32,000 nucleotides of DNA, taken from Candidatus Saccharimonadota bacterium (GTDB taxonomy: Bacteria; Patescibacteriota; Gracilibacteria; BD1-5; UBA2023). A program made the position numbers and the translations under genes. The stretch is taken from positions 630,001-662,000 of the forward strand of contig OY970170.1 of assembly GCA_963706795.1 (NCBI GenBank). Direction: 5' to 3'. The notes under the pieces were generated by a model. It searched no databases, was not told the origin of the DNA, and saw only the letters and a program-made list of their open reading frames with translations. Positions 8,320 through 14,891 of the stretch are shown one piece after another (within the stretch, counting starts at the first letter, position 1; every line of letters starts with the position of its first letter).

Positions 8320-11300
8320 ATGAAATATACGGCATATTTTGTAGGATTCCTCCTTTTCCTCTTTCCTGCGTTTGCATTCGCTGCAACCTGTGATCAGACC
8401 TTTGAAGGAACGCTTCGAGTTGGGCAGTGATATAAATTCAGTGACGAATTTACAAACAGTACCGACAATGCGCTCAAGATTGCCGCATTTCGCCCTGAGT
8501 TCAACGAGCAATATGACTACGATGGTGCTGCCGGCGTTATGCATTATGGATGGACGCCATGGATTAGCTCACGAAAGGGTGTTATCCAGCCAGGTGAACA
8601 GGGTATTATAGTTGAGACAGATACGAATTATCCAATCATCTATTCACCACCCGTTCGATCAAAGAATAATCTCACGGTTCGTTACGTAGTCGATTATCGA
8701 CGCCAAGTAAAAGGTGTTTGGAATACTAATATCGAAAGCCACAGTGAATGTAAGTCATACGAAATCACCTGGTGTGGTGATGGAGTAGTGGATTCTCAAT
8801 ATGGAGAACTCTGTGATCAGGGTGCTCAAAATGGGAAGGTAGGTTCAAGTTGTAGTGCCACATGTACGCCCGTTACAACTCCTCCGCTCGATTGTAATCG
8901 CGGTAATGTAACACTTCCACTTACTGCTCCGATTAACTCAGGTACGGCAGGTCTCTGTCAGCCAGGAGTTGCGGTAAATGGCTTTGGTTCTACGATTGCA
9001 GGTACTGCTACAAATTTCTTTTGGGCATGTGGAGCAAGTGCGATTGGTGGTGCATGTAGCGCTACCTATGATACTTCAACCAATGGTGCGCTCTGTACTC
9101 GTGGAAATATCCCACTTCCACTTACGGGAGTAATTACGGTAGCGACTCCAGGACTCTGTCCAGTTGGTCAGACTGCGGAACGCTTTACGGCAACTCCGAA
9201 TGGTACAGGTACCGACTATAGTTGGGCATGTAGTGGTTCGGCTGTAGGAGGATCATGTGCGGCAAGTTTTACAGGTACGCCAGTTACGCCAACTCCGTAT
9301 TCTGCATGTATGCCAGCGAGCCCAACAACGGATTGTTCGGCAAACCAATATGCTACGCTTGCAGCCTGTCTCGTTGCTAATCCAGGAGCCTCAGGTCGTA
9401 CATGTTATCTCAATGATGTAGCGGCTTGTAACGCAACACGAGCAACTCAGTGTCCTGCAACAGTTCTTCCAGGTATTTGTAATAGTCTCACAGCAACTGC
9501 TACGTCTTCAACAACTGGTACTCTCACAACTAACGTGACATGTACAGCGGGAGTTGGCGCCGGAGCAAGTCCAACATTCGCCATCAATTGTGGAAATGGT
9601 CAGACAATCAATGCGGCAACTGGTACTTGTACTTATGCTGCTCCAGGAAACTTTGTAGCTTCGTGTACAGTAAATAACACTACTCCAACACCCGCAGCTT
9701 GTCAGTTACCAATCAGTGTAACCAATGGCGGTGGAGGTGGTCCAGGAGCATGTCGTGCGCTCAATATCCAATCAAGTATTCAGGTAGATAACGGATATCG
9801 TGTTTCATATACTTGTACTGCAAACCCAGGAGTTGCTGGTCCAAACCCAAGTTTCCGCGTAGATTGTGGAAATGGTCAGAGCGTTGGTTCAGATGTCGGA
9901 AGCTGTTTTTATACAGCGGCCAACACCTATAACATGGCTTGTTACGTAGAAAACTCTACAGACTCAGTGAATTGTCAGAAGCCTATCATCGTTGCATCAG
10001 CTGGTGCACCACTCCCAGGTGGAGGTGGTGGTATCGGAGGTGGTGGAGGAAGTGGCTACTGTGGAAACGGCCAGATCGATGCAGGTGAAACCTGTGATGC
10101 TGGAAGCAACGGGGGAGTTCCGATCAATAATGGATTTTGTAATAACTGTCATTCTGGTTGGACAAATCCAGGAGCCTGTGCACGTGGTGCGCTCGACTGT
10201 CCTGCAGGTTGGACAAATCCAGGTGGAAACGGTATCGACATCTACTATCGAGATGGAACAACGAATGCTTCACTCCTCGTACCAAAGATCCGATCGATCG
10301 TTGGTAATGGCGTAAACGTATTTAGTCCTGGTGATGCATTCACGATCCATGCAAACTATCCAATCTATATCGGAGGACTCACAGCTGGCTTCGTCAATAA
10401 CAACACAGGTCTCGTCACTGGAAGCTCAGTCTATCACCCAACTCCAGATACGTGTATCGGAGAAGGAAAGATGCAACTCTACGAAAATGGTCCAACCGTC
10501 AATTGTGGAGATTACACACTCTTTAAGGCGGATGCGAATGGTAAATTTGATGGTACAGCCTTTATCGGTGATACCTCAGGCATCCCAGCAGGTCAGTCGA
10601 GCGCGGATGTGAATCCCTCTCGTTCTGTAGGCTCTGCAGTACGTGAAAATAACTTCTTTGTTGGACTCAACTATCTCATCGAACCAATTCCTGTACGTGT
10701 TGCTCGCTCTGCGATCAGTAATACTGCCGGAGGAAATGCCTATGTTGGAATCCAAGTTGGATATAGCGTAAATTCGATTACGTCATCCTTCATGGATAGC
10801 CTCAAGAAGGGAAACTTCACAGTAACATCTTCGTCGAAGGATATCGCAAGCTCACTCTCTTCTGCTACATCTGAACAAGTCGGCAAGGCAGTCGATGCAA
10901 ATGGAGATCAGAATGCTTCGATCACAAAGTTCTCACAAAGTTCGGATGCTATTGCTAAGACGGTAGTGATTAATTCACAGGCAGACTTCGATACCTTCCT
11001 CTCAAAAGTCGGAGACAATCCAAATCTCTATACGCTTGCCAAGGGAAAAGTCATCATCAATGGCAATCTCCAGCTCTCAGGAGTGAAGACGCTCGTCATC
11101 GATGAAGGAAGACTCGAAATCAATGGCAATATCACCTACGCCGATGCAAATGCCAGCTGGGCATTCGTCATCAAACAAGCTGGAACTGAAAAGAAAGGAA
11201 TCGTCGTTGCTTCATCAGTTACTGATATCGCCGGAGTCTATATTGTCCTCGAGGGTGATATGGTCGGAATGGGTCAAACCATCAATCCACTCGCCGTCGA

Positions 11301-11484
11301 TGGAAACATCAGTGCGAATATCGCTCCACTCGTCAACGACCGAACCTATATCCGAGCAACGCAGAATTCATCGGCACTCTCTACAGGTGTAACGATCAAC
11401 TACTCGACCCGAGCATTCAAGAATCCACCACCGCTCCTCTCGCAGTATCTTGATCAGTACAATCTCGCAAAAATCTCACGATAA
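8320..11484 (+). CDS. Giant secreted Cys-rich repeat protein (1054 aa), putative surface adhesin
   Basis: The track ORF 8539-11484 extends upstream through TGA 8428-8430 to an ATG at 8320. This exposes the signal peptide MKYTAYFVGFLLFLFPAFAFA. Two CG[DN]G..D...E.CD.G motifs occur, near 8773 and 10060. There are two 67 aa tandem Cys modules (8893-9093 and 9094-~9280). There are also two ~90 aa 'CGNGQ' modules (9478-~9750 and 9751-~10060), poly-Gly linkers, and a beta-helix-like C-terminal region. Confidence 0.85.
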
Positions 11485-11524
11485 ATAAAATCGTATATAA
11501 CTTCGATATTCATGTTTAGGCTTT

Positions 11525-11592
11525 GCGTTCCTCGCTCGAAGTACTTACCAGTACATCTTGCTTCGGTACGCAGCCTGCGCACGAATCTCATC
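11525..11592 (+). repeat. Copy B of the paralogous ~68 nt intergenic element
   Basis: Same boxes and spacing as 3652-3719. The hairpin is GTACT-TACC-AGTAC at 11541-11554. Two base pairs are changed in a compensatory way relative to copy A. Confidence 0.55.
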
Positions 11593-11612
11593 GTTCTATA
11601 CGATTTTTTCAC

Positions 11613-11648
11613 CCTCCAAAGCTCATAAGAGTAAAAGGAGGTTTTTTT
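11613..11648 (+). terminator. Possible terminator (weak, long loop)
   Basis: Stem CCTCC, a 19 nt loop, stem GGAGG, then T7. Confidence 0.4.
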
Positions 11649-11874
11649 GAATTGCTGTTACTCAAATTCTGTGGATCTCGCTGTCTCGTGGACCTGTGCC
11701 CTTGGGTATCGTCCGTTTCTTTTTGTTTGTTCGACAAGGGTAGAGATTTGATTAATAAAACCTTCCTCGTTGTCTAGGTGCCTCACTGCACAAAAAGAAA
11801 TCGGATCGATCATGGCCGCGCTGCGATGGACGATCAGTGAGAAATATTTGGGGAAGCTTAGATGAAAAAGCTTT

Positions 11875-13683
11875 CTACAGATACTTCACCATATAGTCTC
11901 CCTCAAGCACATACCCGCGTTTTGCATAATACGCACGCGCTCCAACTCCAGAGATCACGGCAATTTTTGTGATTTGTGGATATTCTGATCGGACGATATT
12001 CTCGGCACGCTCGATAAGGCGTTTGCCAAATCACATATGTTGTCCACTTCCGTCAGAACTTGCTCCGATACCGATTTGGTCGCCGAAGGTGTGGACTTCT
12101 CGGATGATTGCAGCGCCCTGCAATTGCTCAATAAAATGAGCTTCTCCCGTAAAAATCTGTGAAGGGACTCGTAGCCGCAAGAGCGAGAAGACCGTGCGAT
12201 CTACTGGATCAATAAATTGGAGGAAGTAATCTTTTCCACCGCTTGCCTCATACGATATTTGATCAAGTACCGCATCAGCTGGAATATTGTCCTTGGCGCG
12301 AATCTCTCTCGCAGAAATATCCGAACGCGTCAGTCACTTTTCCTGCATTTTTTCGCTCGTGTGTTCACGGAGATTGGAGAGTTTGGAACCCTCGAGGATC
12401 TCAGATGCTGGAATATCGCGGTAGGCGCGATTAAGCCGGACATATTCGGGGATCATGGCTTCTAGATCGGACATGAGATCAATGAGTGTGTCATCGTCAT
12501 ACGCAGTAAATCCGCCATTTTTCCAGATCTCAGTCAGCTCGGATTTGTCCGTAACGACCATCGGATAAATCTTGAGCTCATCAGGCCTAAAAGCGCTATT
12601 AGCAAAGATTTCCAGCATACTTGCGCGATCCATATCCGGTGTCGAACCCAAGAGATTTGGCATCATATGGGCAACTACCTTAAATCCTGCATCTTTGAGT
12701 AGCCTCGTCGCTTCGGTGGATTCAGTATTACCATGACCACGTTTGTTGAGCTCGTTGATGGCATCATCAGTTGTTTGGTACCCGATTTCTACGCGAGTAA
12801 TTCCATAGTTTAAAAGCCGTTTTATTTCCTCGGCATTAATCCAGTCAGGACGCGTCTCAATCGCCATTCCGATGACACGAGAATGCGCGGTTTCATTTCG
12901 CTTTTTAGCTTCAGCGAGTGATGTAGAAGCCTTCATTTCATAGCTCTTTTTGAGTTTGAATTCTGCGAAGGGATCAGTTTTGTTGGCCTGTGCCTCGAGA
13001 AAACCCTTCATCTCATCAAAAGTTGTGTGCCCGTCATAGATGCTTTTGATCACCATTTCTTGGTATTCGATCGGATAGACACTCCATGTTCCGCCGATAA
13101 TGCGGATGTCGCATTTTTCGATCAAATGACCCGTTAATTCGAGTGACCGAAGTCTATTCTGCACCTGTCGAACAGGATCAAATTCATTCATTTCAGCGCG
13201 CATCACTGCAGGTTCGTGTGGCACGTAACTCTTTGGAAGGTTATCAAAAGTTGGACAATACACGCATTTGCCAGGACATCCCCAAAATTTAGTAAGCAGC
13301 GAAATAACTGCCACTCCTGAGAGCGATCGCACAGCACGTTTGCGGAGGATTCGAATAATTCGCGTATCATTCTCAAGCTTGCCGAGACTGATGAGTTCGC
13401 GATATCGCTCAAGCAGTCGAAAACCTGCTACAGAGCCACTTACTGGGTAACGTGCATAGATGGAATTCGCAAGTTTCTGGAAGTCCTGTTTGTCGGTGAT
13501 CGTTTTGTCCGCGTCGAGCGAGAAGAGAATCTCGTCATAAAGTTCGTTCTGCATGCGAGGATTATATGGCAACTTGCAAAACCGCCTAGTATGACTGCGA
13601 GTCAGCATATGAAATGGCTTCTGATTGCGAAAATCCTGCAAACATTTTTTGACTTTCGGGCCAGCTTTTCTACAATACGTCAC
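11875..13683 (-). CDS. elp3: Elp3-like radical SAM/GNAT enzyme (tRNA wobble-uridine carboxymethylation family)
   Basis: The radical SAM cluster motif is 'CPGKCVYCP', within an Elp3-type core. ORF 12334-13683 continues through TGA 12334-12336 and TGA 12031-12033 into a GNAT domain. That domain contains 'GQHM(G)FGKRL', the acetyl-CoA Q/RxxGxG motif whose first Gly is a UGA. The TAG stop is at 11875-11877. The start is more likely the Met at 13554 ([11 protein letters not shown]) than 13683, which sits 4 nt from the tRNA. Confidence 0.85.
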
Positions 13684-13686
13684 GTT

Positions 13687-13765
13687 GCGAGGGTAACATA
13701 AAAGAGTGAGTGTACTGAGGCTTCAACCCTCGGGTGTGCCGGTTCGAACCCGGTCCCTCGCTCCA
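13687..13765 (+). tRNA. tRNA-Gly(UCA), the UGA-decoding (recoding) tRNA
   Basis: The acceptor is GCGAGGG/CCCTCGC. The anticodon stem is TGAGG/CCTCG. The loop is C-T-TCA-A-C, with the anticodon at 13723-13725. The variable loop is 5 nt. The T arm is GCCGG-TTCGAAC-CCGGT. U73 and CCA are encoded. G1:C72, C2:G71, G3:C70 and U73 match bacterial tRNA-Gly identity elements. The D arm is atypical (a 20 nt D region with no clear GG), so a covariance-model check is needed. Confidence 0.8.
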
Positions 13766-13791
13766 AATTTTGCAGAGTCATACTCTATTCT

Positions 13792-13868
13792 GCGGATGTA
13801 GCTCAATTGGCTAGAGTACCGCCTTGCCATGGCGGCTGTTGTGGGTTCGAGTCCCATCATCCGCTCCA
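13792..13868 (+). tRNA. tRNA-Gly(GCC)
   Basis: Canonical cloverleaf: GCGGATG / GCTC-AATTGGCTA-GAGT / CCGCC-TTGCCAT-GGCGG / CTGTT / GTGGG-TTCGAGT-CCCAT / CATCCGC-T-CCA. The anticodon is at 13826-13828. Confidence 0.95.
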
Positions 13869-13914
13869 AATTTAGGTATCAAGCATAAGTTCATTAATGA
13901 TGGACTCGAACATA

Positions 13915-13937
13915 GGGAAGAGTCCCATCTCCGCTCC
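13915..13937 (+). pseudogene. Decayed copy of the 3' T-arm/acceptor half of tRNA-Gly(GCC)
   Basis: GGGAAGAGTCCCATC-TCCGCTCC compares with GGGTTCGAGTCCCATCATCCGCTCC of the tRNA 70 nt upstream. Confidence 0.35.
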
Positions 13938-13954
13938 TATGTAATTTCAAGAAG

Positions 13955-13984
13955 AAAAAGACTCTGGAAAGAGTCTTTTTCTTT
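13955..13984 (+). terminator. Rho-independent terminator after the tRNA-Gly pair
   Basis: Stem AAAAAGACTCT, loop GGAA, stem AGAGTCTTTTT, followed by CTTT. Confidence 0.75.
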
Positions 13985-14043
13985 GGGGAGAATTCCCTGG
14001 CCCAAAAGTTTCAAATTTTAAAAAATTCAGATACAATCCGCAC

Positions 14044-14355
14044 ATGATAAAACCAATTGACTCTCCTTCTGGCGTGCCAGCGATTACAAAAATCGAAAAG
14101 TCACCTCTCGCTGACAATAACCAGCCACCTCTTCAACATGAGCAAAATTCTGCTTCTCAAGAAGCATGATCACAGGCAGTCGAATGAGCCGTAGCAGGAA
14201 ATACTCCTGTACACACAACAGCCGCATCCGTTATGGCAGTGCACAATCTTGCAGTACATCTCGCACTCAAGGCTTCACAAGAAGAACAAGAAGCAGAAAA
14301 AGAAGAAAAAAACGATCAAGAATCCACATCAGAAGACACTCCAGATCAACAATAA
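14044..14355 (+). CDS. Acidic hypothetical protein (103 aa under table 25)
   Basis: The ATG is at 14044. Two in-frame TGAs give '..QEA(G)SQAVE(G)AVAGN..'. The C-terminus is Glu/Asp-rich, and the TAA stop is at 14353-14355. A possible -10 box, TACAAT, lies at 14032-14037, only 6 nt upstream, which suggests a leaderless transcript. Confidence 0.5.
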
Positions 14356-14356
14356 T

Positions 14357-14695
14357 ATGGCTAATTCCCACGGACTTTCACCCCGCATCGTCAAAAAGCA
14401 AGCTGCAGCCCGCAAGCTCTCAAAAGGAAAAAAGAAATCCTTTGCGGTCTATATCGGCAACGAAAATGCGCAAACTCGTAAAAATACGAGTTTCAAACGA
14501 CGTAAGCACTACATGGAAAACAAGCAAAATTTCCCGTCCAAACGTCTCCCAACCAAGAACATCGAAGCCCTCATGGAGCTCGGAATCCTCGACGAACGCG
14601 GATTCTTCAAGAAAGGGAAGAAGAAGAACTACATAACCAAGTCCATGGTGGATATCAAGGGGTTTGACTATTACGGACTTCCGCGCGCTGCGTAG
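14357..14695 (+). CDS. Very basic hypothetical protein (112 aa), translationally coupled to the acidic ORF
   Basis: The ATG lies 1 nt after the upstream TAA (TAATATG). The protein is Lys/Arg-rich (MANSHGLSPRIVKKQAAARKLSKGKKK...). I recognise no family. Confidence 0.6.
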   Translation: MANSHGLSPRIVKKQAAARKLSKGKKKSFAVYIGNENAQTRKNTSFKRRKHYMENKQNFPSKRLPTKNIEALMELGILDERGFFKKGKKKNYITKSMVDIKGFDYYGLPRAA

Positions 14696-14752
14696 TTTTT
14701 CGAAGCGTTATTTGCAAAAAAATAATTCTTCGTTACACTTCGCTCGCTTTTT

Positions 14753-14830
14753 GCAGCCGTAGCTCAGTTGGATTAGAGCGCCTCCCTGCGAAGGAGGAGG
14801 TCACTGGTTCGAGCCCAGTCGGTTGCACCA
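14753..14830 (+). tRNA. tRNA-Arg(GCG)
   Basis: Cloverleaf: GCAGCCG / GCTC-AGTTGGATTA-GAGC / CCTCC-CTGCGAA-GGAGG / AGGTC / ACTGG-TTCGAGC-CCAGT / CGGTTGC-A-CCA. The anticodon is at 14788-14790. The 5' half closely resembles E. coli tRNA-Arg. Confidence 0.9.
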
Positions 14831-14834
14831 TTTC

Positions 14835-14886
14835 AAAACTCAATAATAAAACCCGTCATATATGACGGGTTTTATTATTGAGTTTT
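14835..14886. repeat. Left copy of the 44 bp direct repeat, inside a perfect 52 nt palindrome (a bidirectional terminator)
   Basis: AAAACTCAATAATAAAACCCGTCATA|TATGACGGGTTTTATTATTGAGTTTT. Positions 14835-14878 are identical to 19262-19305. Confidence 0.9.
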
Positions 14887-14891
14887 GGTGT

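Noticed and set aside
11511-11627. A small ORF (37 codons, MFRLCVPRSKYLPVHLASV...) overlies copy B of the intergenic element.
   Set aside because: The equivalent frame in copy A is closed by a TAG. The substitutions between the copies preserve base pairing rather than amino acids.
13687-13765. The tRNA with anticodon UCA could be tRNA-Sec, with the TGAs read as selenocysteine codons.
   Set aside because: The tRNA has a 7 bp acceptor stem and a 5 nt variable loop, with no long extra arm. TGAs are far too frequent (up to 15 per gene), fall at conserved Gly positions rather than Cys/Sec positions, and show no need for SECIS elements.
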